This document shows positions 10,501-17,707 of a stretch of DNA of 50,251 nucleotides, piece by piece. The position numbers and the translations under genes were made by a program. The stretch is from Rhodospirillales bacterium. Its GTDB lineage: Bacteria; Vulcanimicrobiota; Vulcanimicrobiia; Vulcanimicrobiales; Vulcanimicrobiaceae. The DNA lies in contig JAYTXC010000067.1 of assembly GCA_043743145.1 (NCBI GenBank), positions 1-50,251 on the forward strand, in the 5' to 3' direction. Every line of letters starts with the position of its first letter. Positions within the stretch are counted from its first letter, which is position 1. The notes beneath the pieces were generated by a model that was given only the letters and a program-made list of their open reading frames with translations, was not told the origin of the DNA and did not search any database.

Positions 10501-11060
10501 TCGCCACCCCGGATGCTGACCGTCTGATACCAGCCCTGCTGGCCTTGCTGAACGTTGACCCCCGGCACCGATGCAATCGCGCTGTAGGCGGAATTGAGGC
10601 CGCCCGGCCCCCCGAGGGCCTGCGCCGCTTCGGCACCCGCGGCGTTGACCGAGTACACGTCGCTCGTCGTGCCAGGGCGAATGAGATCGTTCGAGGCACG
10701 GGCCTTGACGCGACCGATCGTCGCGAGCGCTTTCGTCAACGTCACGGGAAGCGTCTGCGTTTGATCGGAGAGCACCGTGACGCCGGTAAGCGATGCCGAA
10801 TCGTACGACGCGAGCTCGATGCTGATCATGTACGTGTCGGGCGCGAGTGAGATAAAGCGAAACGCACCCGTACTATCGGTCGTCGTCGCGACCGATTGTG
10901 ATGGCGAGACCGCGTTCACGCGCGCGCCGGCGAGCGGCCCCTGTGTCTTCGCATCGACGACGCGACCGACGATGCCCCCGGTCGTTCCCGCGCGCGCTCC
11001 GCCGAGCACCCCGACGACGAACACGAAGACCAGAAGTAAATTACTACACGTCCGTACCAT
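7527..11060 (-). CDS. Outer-membrane TonB-dependent-receptor-type barrel with N-terminal carboxypeptidase-regulatory-like domain (Oar-like)
   Basis: Signal peptide LLLVFVFVVGVLGGARA. CarboxypepD_reg-like N-domain: GGIVGRVVDAKTQGPLAGARVNAVSPS...TDSTGAFRFISLAPDTY. Plug-like segment: TVSIRGGDIDQVGYELDGIPVN. The remaining ~900 aa are rich in Y/G/N/T, as expected for a beta-barrel. Confidence 0.8.
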   Translation of the reverse strand: MVRTCSNLLLVFVFVVGVLGGARAGTTGGIVGRVVDAKTQGPLAGARVNAVSPSQSVATTTDSTGAFRFISLAPDTYMISIELASYDSASLTGVTVLSDQTQTLPVTLTKALATIGRVKARASNDLIRPGTTSDVYSVNAAGAEAAQALGGPGGLNSAYSAIASVPGVNVQQGQQGWYQTVSIRGGDIDQVGYELDGIPVNRVYDNAPQTVLSSIGQQELQVYTGGTPATADASGIAGYVNQVIRTGTYPGFAQANIGVGGPSFYHKFSFEAGGATKNRLFSYYVGLAGVNNDYRYADQFNGASDPQLFYPVYIPGRFNLYDGTAGTINYAPGTTYSIATTTDRENVVNLHLGIPHHGDGGKDDIQLLYLTSEVVAKYFSSINDQGGPANVAQAVGNNGNAFFHDGYTYTGAIYAPVDPTNVRMVYQQNYRPGYRAFGANAPNNDRDYSDNGVALTKLQYQRNFSSSSYLRLYGYTEYSNWFIGGPANAQFTNYYSGELNDYELPSHTFGFNANYSNQLSSKHLLSLTGSFTAAQVRRTFSSSFPGNTPGYSFTNLVDARGNCYDPATAAVASCFNDGARGKFPGNAPGSPADPAYTLPTGSATVTAPDGTTTTAQWLATDAGFRNTRLNKVAPAFTAGAITDQFRPNDKLTITLGARVENYNDRLSDTTGDAARAFWFNAYNNENCYRLGGLAPVNIGPGATDASCAKLGPGYRQANLRNTTAKNISATIFQPRFGATYAIDSDTVLRGSFGVYARPVNTSWVQYDAVNSDLASFLGANFLTLGYNTPIHNLRPDTSYNADFSLEKHLHGTDISFKLTPFYRSTRNQLQPVPIGVGGVVAGFNVGQQTSSGLELAIKKGEFGRDGLASQLAYTYTRSRIRYNDFPSGTNVIDGLNQYIQEYNSYTSACATITKANAALCGLAPGATNPNAAATFASTDTTSVQVRNPYFGAAVQPLMDRSAQYTTYDQIPQAFTGENGYETPHVASLIVSYKHKRATITPSLTYSSGAKYGSPLSYPGYAPNGCTSTGIAAANGSFAADPKSCGGSALSGNSFLLIPDAFTGKFDTIGAFDQPSRLTFNVAASYEAAKNVKISLALTGLVDTCFQRGYAWDDKRICVYSQLPSGGNGLGPSGNFIPLAGTPVQFKYPYGVFNNNLNTGFVGTTLPIQAALNLEIKL

Positions 11061-11073
11061 TATCGCGACTTCG

Positions 11074-11111
11074 CCGGAAGCGACGGACCTTACCTCTGCC
11101 GGAGGCGACGC
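11074..11111. repeat. Direct repeat CCGGA(A/G)GCGACG(G/C) x2 with 25-nt period, just upstream of the barrel gene start
   Basis: CCGGAAGCGACGG at 11074-11086 and CCGGAGGCGACGC at 11099-11111. Both lie in the 58-nt gap between the membrane-protein gene stop (11119) and the barrel gene ATG (11060). Confidence 0.35.
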
Positions 11112-11118
11112 GCTCGCT

Positions 11119-11610
11119 TCAGAATTTCAACAGGTGTCGAAGTGGCTCGATTGCGTATCGTGAGATCAACATGAGTGGGAATTTCGGATCGGCGATGCCC
11201 GATGCGCTCAAACTCGCGAATCCCAAGAGAAAGACCGCGGTGAAGATCGAAAATATCCGTAGCCCCTTGTCCCATTCTTTTTGAAAATAGGGCAGCAGAA
11301 TGACGACGGTCGCCGCGATGACGAGGATGAAGGCGAGCGGCGAGCGGAACGATTCATCCCAAAGCTGCCCGTGCGGCAACTCGCTCAGACGAATCATCAC
11401 GAGATACACGAAGACGGCCACGAGATAGGCGACCGCGATGAGCCCGAGCCATTGCAGGATATCCCAAAGCCAAAACCCCTTGGGCTCGTATCGCGAACGC
11501 GTTCGGGGGCGTGGCGGTAAGCGACTCACGCGACTATGGTTCGCGGGCTCTGCGTGTGATTCCGTCGAACTCTGCTGTGATGCAAGACCGAATATCGCCA
11601 TTCCCCGCAC
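11119..11610 (-). CDS. Small integral membrane protein, unknown function (start uncertain)
   Basis: ORF track. It has three to four hydrophobic helices (LGLIAVAYLVAVFVYLVMI, LAFILVIAATVVILLPYF, IFSIFTAVFLLGFASLSA) and locally lower GC. Alternative GTG at 11529 would remove the overlap with the divergent gene at 11580. Confidence 0.5.
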   Translation of the reverse strand: MRGMAIFGLASQQSSTESHAEPANHSRVSRLPPRPRTRSRYEPKGFWLWDILQWLGLIAVAYLVAVFVYLVMIRLSELPHGQLWDESFRSPLAFILVIAATVVILLPYFQKEWDKGLRIFSIFTAVFLLGFASLSASGIADPKFPLMLISRYAIEPLRHLLKF

Positions 11611-12062
11611 TCGCCGTATCTGGCGCGATTGCGGGGCTCGTCGGCGCCGTGTTGATCGATGCGTACCTCCTCCTCACGCTCGTCGTTGCGGGCCATCTCG
11701 CAACCGTCGCGGGCTTCTTTCAATACATTGCATCGGGAGCGCTGGGCAAAGCCGCATATGCGACCCCGGGCGCGATCGCCCTCGGGATCGCCGTGCATTT
11801 CGTCGTTGCGATCGCCTGGGGCATCGGCTACGCCTATGTCGCCGCGAAGACGCCACAAGTCCACGAGCGGCCGTTGCTCTCGGGTACCGTCTTCGGGATC
11901 CTCGTGATGGTCGCGATGCAATTCGTCGAGGTTGCCGCGAATATCTACGTTTTGCCCAACACCGTGCTCTTTTTCAACGGCATCATCGCCCACGTGGTCT
12001 TCTTTGGTCTGCCCATCGCCTATATCGTCGGACGTCGTCTCGGAGAGCGAGAGGCGCGTTGA
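11580..12062 (+). CDS. Integral membrane protein (4 predicted TM helices), unknown function
   Basis: ORF track 11511..12062. ATG 11580 gives MQDRISPFPALAVSGAIAGLVGAVLIDAYLLLTLVV..., hydrophobic throughout. The stop TGA overlaps the TTG start of alr (TTGA at 12059-12062). Confidence 0.55.
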   Translation: MQDRISPFPALAVSGAIAGLVGAVLIDAYLLLTLVVAGHLATVAGFFQYIASGALGKAAYATPGAIALGIAVHFVVAIAWGIGYAYVAAKTPQVHERPLLSGTVFGILVMVAMQFVEVAANIYVLPNTVLFFNGIIAHVVFFGLPIAYIVGRRLGEREAR

Positions 12063-13228
12063 TCGCCACCCTCGAGATCGATCTCGACGCGATCCGGCGC
12101 AACGTCGCCGCCCTCGGCGCACTCGTCGCACCCGCGCGATACGCGGCGGTCATCAAGGCGGATGCCTACGGTCACGGTGCGGTCGAAGTGGCGCGTGCGC
12201 TCGCACTCGATGTCGCCATGTACTGCGTGTACCGCGTCGATGAAGCCGTCGCGCTTCGTGCCGCGGGCATCGCGACACCCATCCTCGTGCTCGGCCCCGT
12301 CGAATCGCACGATCTTGCGGCGCTCGTCGAATCCCGGGCGGCCGTTGCGCTCTGGAGCACGGGCGGCTTCGCACGCGATCTCGGGCGAGCCGCGCGCGCG
12401 AGCGGACGACGCGCACCCGTGCACGTGAAAATCGATACGGGTGTCACGCGACTCGGTCTCGATGTCGAACGCGCGCCGGCAGCCCTCGCGCAGTTCGGGG
12501 ACGACGACGCACTCGACGTGCGTGGCGTCTTCACGCATCTCGCCGCGGCCGAAGAACTCGCATCGGAGTACACGCACGCACAACTCGACCGATTCGCCGC
12601 CGCAACCGCTTCGTTGCGCGAGCGTTTCGCTGCGCATGGCGTCGTCGCTCACGCCGCGGCCTCCGCGGCCGCAATGCTCTATCCGCAGGCGCGCCTCGAC
12701 ATGATTCGCGCGGGAATCGCAACGTACGGAATTTGGCCCTCGCCGCAGACCGAGGCCGCCGCATCGGATGCGCTATCGCTCGAACCGGCGCTCGCGTGGC
12801 GCACGAAGCTCGTCGTCGTACGCGACGTGGAAGCCGGGCGCACCGTGGGATACGGCTGTTCGTTCACGACATCGCGCGCGTCGCGCATCGGTATCCTCCC
12901 GATCGGTTATGCCGAGGGTCTCCCGCGCGCGCTCTCCGATGCGGGCTTCGCGCTCGTGCGCGGCGCGCGCGTGCCGTTCATCGGACGCGTGTGCATGAAT
13001 ATGGCCTTCGTCGATGTGACCGACGTCGCGCACGCGGCAACGGGCGATGCCGTAACGCTCATCGGTCGCGACGGGGGGCATGAGATCGGCGCGAACGACC
13101 TCGCGGCGTGCGCCGGAACGATCGGCTACGAACTCCTGGCGCGCTTACCCGCGAACGTTCCGCGCGTCTATCATGGCAGGCGTGCGAACTCAGCGATCGC
13201 TTCGCCGACGTCGATGGTCCCCTCGTAA
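12059..13228 (+). CDS. alr: Alanine racemase
   Basis: This is the C-terminal 390 aa of ORF 11438..13228. LIATLEIDLDAIRRNVAAL...AAVIKADAYGHG contains the PLP-lysine motif, and the protein is alr-like for its full length. The TTG start at 12059 is preceded by GAGAGG. The upstream 200 aa of the listed ORF are Arg-rich junk. Confidence 0.85.
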   Translation: MIATLEIDLDAIRRNVAALGALVAPARYAAVIKADAYGHGAVEVARALALDVAMYCVYRVDEAVALRAAGIATPILVLGPVESHDLAALVESRAAVALWSTGGFARDLGRAARASGRRAPVHVKIDTGVTRLGLDVERAPAALAQFGDDDALDVRGVFTHLAAAEELASEYTHAQLDRFAAATASLRERFAAHGVVAHAAASAAAMLYPQARLDMIRAGIATYGIWPSPQTEAAASDALSLEPALAWRTKLVVVRDVEAGRTVGYGCSFTTSRASRIGILPIGYAEGLPRALSDAGFALVRGARVPFIGRVCMNMAFVDVTDVAHAATGDAVTLIGRDGGHEIGANDLAACAGTIGYELLARLPANVPRVYHGRRANSAIASPTSMVPS

Positions 13229-13917
13229 ACCGCGCGACCGACGATCGCACGATCGATGCTCGGACCCGTTCCGCTCGCGAGCGCGTGCAAATCGGCAAGC
13301 GACTTCGCGCCGCCACTCGCCGTCACGCGCATCGCGGTGAGCGCGCCCACATGTGCGAGCGCCGCGACGTCGTAGCCCGTACCCGCACCATCGCGCGCGA
13401 TCTCGGTATACACGATCCGCTCCACGCCCCACACCTGCAGTTCGCGCACGACCTCATCGCGATCCCGGGCCGTACCTTCGAGCCAGCCGCGCACCGCAAC
13501 CGCACCACCGCGTGCATCGACACCGCCGACGACGCGTGAGCCGTGCGCGTCGACGATCGTGCGTGCGATCTCGGGCGCCTCGACGATGATCGTGCCGATC
13601 ACGATCGCATCGGCGCCCGCCGCGATGCGCGCGTTCGCATCGGCGAGGGTGCGGATCCCGCCACCCGTCTGCACGCGCGCGCCCACGCCCGCACAGATGG
13701 TGCGGATCGCTGCGAGATTTTCACCCGTGCCGAACGCGCCGTCGAGATCAACGACGTGAATCATACGCGCACCCGCGCGAACGAACGCGCGCGCGCGATC
13801 GAGCGGATCGCCGTCGTAGCGCGTCTCTTGCGTTGGATCGCCGTAGAGCAACCGCACGCAGCGTCCGCCGCGCAGGTCGATCGCCGGCACGATTTCGAGC
13901 GGTCGTGTGGCGATCAT
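13171..13917 (-). CDS. hisA: Phosphoribosylformimino-5-aminoimidazole carboxamide ribotide isomerase (HisA)
   Basis: Motifs PAIDLRGGRCVRL, VVDLDGAFG, QTGGGIR and TASGGAKSLADL. ATGA overlap with the hisH stop. Confidence 0.9.
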   Translation of the reverse strand: MIATRPLEIVPAIDLRGGRCVRLLYGDPTQETRYDGDPLDRARAFVRAGARMIHVVDLDGAFGTGENLAAIRTICAGVGARVQTGGGIRTLADANARIAAGADAIVIGTIIVEAPEIARTIVDAHGSRVVGGVDARGGAVAVRGWLEGTARDRDEVVRELQVWGVERIVYTEIARDGAGTGYDVAALAHVGALTAMRVTASGGAKSLADLHALASGTGPSIDRAIVGRAVYEGTIDVGEAIAEFARLP

Positions 13918-14528
13918 GCGAGTGCGGCCGTCCCGCAGAGCGCGATAAAATTGTCGAGGAGCAGGGCGCCTGTCGCCTGACTCTTCTCGGGATGGAACTG
14001 CGTCGCCATCACGTTCTCGCGCGCGACGATCGCCGCAAAGCGCTCGCCATGCGTCGCGGTCGCCAGCGTATGCGCATCGACGACCGCGCGATAGCTATGC
14101 AAAAAATACGCGTATGCCTCCGTGCCCAGACCGCGCACGAACGGATGCTCGGCGACGATCTCGAGTGCGTTCCATCCCATATGCGGCACGCGCGGTGCCC
14201 GGACGAAACGCGTCACGAGTCCCGGAAATATGCCGAGCCCCGCATGATCGCCGTGCTCGTTGCTTCGGTCGTAAAGAATCTGCATCCCGACGCAGATGCC
14301 GAGAAACGGCCGACCCGCCGCGATCGTGTCGCGCACCGCGACGTCGAGGCCGCGCTCGGCGAGCGCCGACATCGTCGCGCCGAATGCGCCGTCGCCCGGT
14401 AAGATCGCAGCGCGGGCGCTCGCGACGATCGCAGGATCGGATGTGACGGTGAAGGTCGCACCGCGGCGACCGAGCGCGGAGACGAGCGATCCCAAGTTCC
14501 CACCACCGTAATCGACGACCGCGATCAC
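13914..14528 (-). CDS. hisH: Imidazole glycerol phosphate synthase, glutamine amidotransferase subunit (HisH)
   Basis: Motifs VVDYGGGNLGS, GICVGMQ (nucleophile Cys) and QFHPEKS. GTG start at 14528. Confidence 0.9.
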   Translation of the reverse strand: MIAVVDYGGGNLGSLVSALGRRGATFTVTSDPAIVASARAAILPGDGAFGATMSALAERGLDVAVRDTIAAGRPFLGICVGMQILYDRSNEHGDHAGLGIFPGLVTRFVRAPRVPHMGWNALEIVAEHPFVRGLGTEAYAYFLHSYRAVVDAHTLATATHGERFAAIVARENVMATQFHPEKSQATGALLLDNFIALCGTAALA

Positions 14529-14531
14529 GAC

Positions 14532-15893
14532 TTACCCGCCAACGATGCTCGCTTCGTTCGGCATCGCAGGGCCACTCGGCATTTTCGATGCCGAGCCGTT
14601 GGTCTGCAAACGCGCATCGACGCTGACGTACGAGCGTTGCGTCGGCCCGACGTAGAGTTGGCGCGGACGCGTGATACGCTGATCGGGATCTTCGATCATC
14701 TCTTTCCAATGCGCGAGCCACCCGGTCGTGCGCGAGAGCGCGAAAATCGCCGTGAACATGTTGATCGGAATGCCGAGCGCTTTCATGATGAGGCCCGAAT
14801 AGAAGTCGACGTTTGGATAGAGCTTGCGCGAAACGAAATAATCGTCTTCCAGTGCGAGACGTTCGAGTTCTTTCGCCATTTCGAAGAGAGGATCGTTGCC
14901 GAGATCGAGTTCTTCGAGCAGCTCGCCATAAATGCGCTTGAGAACCTTTGCGCGTGGATCGTAGCTCTTGTAAACGCGATGCCCGAAGCCCATGAGCCGG
15001 AACGGATCGTTCTTATCTTTCGCGCGCCGGATCGCATCGGGAAGCGCTTTCACCGACCCCAGTTCTTGCAACATCGCAACGACGGCTTCGTTCGCGCCGC
15101 CGTGGATCGGGCCCCAGAGCGACGAGATGCCTGCCGCCACGCACGCGAACGGGTTGGCGCGGCTCGACCCGACGGTGCGCACGGTCGAGGTCGATGCGTT
15201 CTGTTCGTGATCGGCTTGGACGATGAGAATCGCGTTCATCGCTTTGGTGAAGATGGGATTTGGCACGTACGCCTCGGCTGGAACCGAGAACATCATGTGG
15301 AGGAAGTTCGAACAGTAATCGAGATCGTTGCGCGGATAGACGAACGGCTGGCCGACCGTGTATTTATAGGCCATCGCGGTAATCGTCGGAAGTTTCGCGA
15401 CGAGCCGATCGATCGAGATGAGCCGTTGCATCGGATCGTAGACGTTGATCGAATCGGGATAGAATGCCGAGAGCGCGCCCACGACGCCGAGCATGACTGC
15501 CATCGGATGCGCGTCGCGACGGAAGCCGTGATAGAAGCTCGAAATCTGCTCGTGCAACATCGTGTGATGGCCGATGTCGTACTGGAATTTTACAAGTTCC
15601 GCATGCGAGGGAAGTTCGCCGAAAAGTAAGAGATACGCGACTTCGACGAACGAGCTCTTTTCGACGAGTTCGTCGATCGCGTAGCCACGATAGAGCAGCA
15701 CGCCTTTTTCGCCGTCCACGTATGTAATCGCCGAACTGCAACTCGCGGTCGATGAAAAACCAGGGTCGTACGTCGTGACGTGCGTGCCGTCGAGGAGTTG
15801 GCGAACGTCGATTGCGTCGTGACCGAGCGTGGCTTTTAGGAGCGGGAGGCGCGAATTCGCACCCGTCTCGGTGGTCAGCGTGTAGTCAGACAT
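14532..15893 (-). CDS. gltA: Citrate synthase, long (type II, GltA-like) form
   Basis: Full-length citrate synthase with catalytic motifs [23 protein letters not shown] and NVDFYSG. It sits 3 nt after hisB and 3 nt before hisH. Confidence 0.9.
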   Translation of the reverse strand: MSDYTLTTETGANSRLPLLKATLGHDAIDVRQLLDGTHVTTYDPGFSSTASCSSAITYVDGEKGVLLYRGYAIDELVEKSSFVEVAYLLLFGELPSHAELVKFQYDIGHHTMLHEQISSFYHGFRRDAHPMAVMLGVVGALSAFYPDSINVYDPMQRLISIDRLVAKLPTITAMAYKYTVGQPFVYPRNDLDYCSNFLHMMFSVPAEAYVPNPIFTKAMNAILIVQADHEQNASTSTVRTVGSSRANPFACVAAGISSLWGPIHGGANEAVVAMLQELGSVKALPDAIRRAKDKNDPFRLMGFGHRVYKSYDPRAKVLKRIYGELLEELDLGNDPLFEMAKELERLALEDDYFVSRKLYPNVDFYSGLIMKALGIPINMFTAIFALSRTTGWLAHWKEMIEDPDQRITRPRQLYVGPTQRSYVSVDARLQTNGSASKMPSGPAMPNEASIVGG

Positions 15894-15896
15894 CGG

Positions 15897-16490
15897 CTAC
15901 GCGAGCAGTCCTTTCGTCGAGGGAATCGACACGTCGGCGGTGATCGCTTTGGCCGCTGCGAACGAGCGTGCGAACGCTTTGAATGAAGCCTCGCAGAGAT
16001 GGTGCGAATTGACGCCGGCGAGTTGCACGAGGTGCAGATTAAATCGCCCGTTCTCGCTCACGCTGTGAAAGAAGTGCGAGACGAGTTCGGTCTTGAGATC
16101 GCCCAGATTCTCGACGTTAAACTTCACCGTAAAATTGAGCCACGCGCGGCCGGAAAGATCGATACTCCCGAGCACGAGGGCGTCGTCGAGCGGCACGGCG
16201 AGCGAACCGAAACGCGCGATACCGCGCTTTTCACCGAGCGCCGTGTAGATGGCCTGACCGAGCGCGATGCCGACGTCCTCGATGAGATGGTGATGATCCA
16301 TCCCGTCGCCCGTCGCTCGCAACACGAGGCCGCATCCCGAATGCTTCGCGAACGCGTCGAGCATGTGATCGAGAAACTTCACATCCGTACGAACTTCGCA
16401 CGGACCGCCGTCGAGGTCGAGTTCGAGAGCGATCGTCGTCTCTTTGGTTTCGCGCGAAATCGTCGCGCGACGTGGGGGCGAGATCATCAT
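15897..16490 (-). CDS. hisB: Imidazoleglycerol-phosphate dehydratase (HisB)
   Basis: Motifs ISRETKETTIALELDLDG, FLDHMLDAF and MDHHHLIEDVGIALG. The start is set at ATG 16490, which overlaps the TGA of the upstream gene (ATGA). The ORF track extends further, to GTG 16622. Confidence 0.85.
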   Translation of the reverse strand: MMISPPRRATISRETKETTIALELDLDGGPCEVRTDVKFLDHMLDAFAKHSGCGLVLRATGDGMDHHHLIEDVGIALGQAIYTALGEKRGIARFGSLAVPLDDALVLGSIDLSGRAWLNFTVKFNVENLGDLKTELVSHFFHSVSENGRFNLHLVQLAGVNSHHLCEASFKAFARSFAAAKAITADVSIPSTKGLLA

Positions 16491-17701
16491 GAGCGTTCCG
16501 ATTCCGGTGCGGCGGCACGGCGCTCGATCGGCACGAACGCTGCGGGCGGGTGACCCGCGTATGTTGCTTGCGGTCGAATCAATCGATTGTCGGCGAGTTG
16601 TTCCAAGACGTGCGCCGTCCACCCGGCCATGCGACTACACGCAAAGAGACAAGTGAATTCATCGGGCGGAATGCCGAGTGCGTACAGCGTCGGCGCGGTG
16701 TAGAATTCGACGTTCGCCGCGAGCGGCCGAGCGGGTTTCGCACGCGCGAGTGCCACCGAGGCGGCCTCTTCGAGCGCGCGTGCGACGGTGTGCCACACGG
16801 TGTTCGTCGCTTCGCCGAGATCGCGTGCGAGCACGTCGAGATGCTTGGCGCGCGGATCGCGGACGCGATATTCGCGGTGTCCCATGCCCATGATGCGTTG
16901 GCCGCGCGCTAAGAGATCCGCGACGTACGCCGGGGCCTCGGCGGGCTTGCCGATCCCCAGAAGCATCTTCATCACCTGACCCGGTGCCCCGCCGTGAAGA
17001 TCGCCTTCGAGCGTCGCGAGCGCCGACGTGGCGGCGGCGAAGATATCCGCGCGTGTCGAGGCCGTTACACGCGCTGCAAACGTCGATGCATTGTATGAGT
17101 GGTCCGCGAGCAGGACAAAATATGCATCGAGCGCGCGTTCCGCTTCGGGGATCGGCATCCGCCCCGTGCGCATATAGAGAAAGTTCGCCGCCATGCCCAG
17201 ACGAGGGAGCGGATCGATCGGCTGGAGTCCGCGCCGCAAGCGATCCCATGCGGCGACGATCGTCGGCGTTTTCGCGATGAGGCTGATCGCGGTGCGCGGC
17301 GTGGAGAGGTGCGCCCCGTTCTCTTGATGCGGCGCGAAGAGCGCGAGCGCGGAGACGGCGGTCCGCACGACATCCATCGGCCACGCGTCGATCGGGATTT
17401 CGCGCAACATCGCAAGCACCGCCGGCGGCAGTGCGCGATTGGCCGCAAGTCGCACGCCGAGATCGGCGAGTTGGTGTGCCGTCGGCAGCGTGCCGAATAG
17501 GAGGAGATGCACGACTTCTTCGAACGACGCGTTGCTCGCGAGGTCGTCGATATCGTAGCCACGATAGCGGAGGCGGCCGGCAGCGCCATCGATCTCACTC
17601 AAGGCGGTCGTACCGACGATGATGCCTTCGAGGCCGCGATCGACGACCGTTCCTGAACTCCGCATCGTACCCGGGTTCGCCACGCTAAGTGCGTTCTCCA
17701 T
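16487..17701 (-). CDS. Citrate synthase family enzyme, short (type I CitZ / 2-methylcitrate synthase-like) form
   Basis: Motifs RYRGYDIDDLA, DLHGGAPGQV, GMGHREYRVRDPRA and NVEFYTAP. 404 aa. Confidence 0.85.
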   Translation of the reverse strand: MENALSVANPGTMRSSGTVVDRGLEGIIVGTTALSEIDGAAGRLRYRGYDIDDLASNASFEEVVHLLLFGTLPTAHQLADLGVRLAANRALPPAVLAMLREIPIDAWPMDVVRTAVSALALFAPHQENGAHLSTPRTAISLIAKTPTIVAAWDRLRRGLQPIDPLPRLGMAANFLYMRTGRMPIPEAERALDAYFVLLADHSYNASTFAARVTASTRADIFAAATSALATLEGDLHGGAPGQVMKMLLGIGKPAEAPAYVADLLARGQRIMGMGHREYRVRDPRAKHLDVLARDLGEATNTVWHTVARALEEAASVALARAKPARPLAANVEFYTAPTLYALGIPPDEFTCLFACSRMAGWTAHVLEQLADNRLIRPQATYAGHPPAAFVPIERRAAAPESERS

Positions 17702-17707
17702 GCAGTC

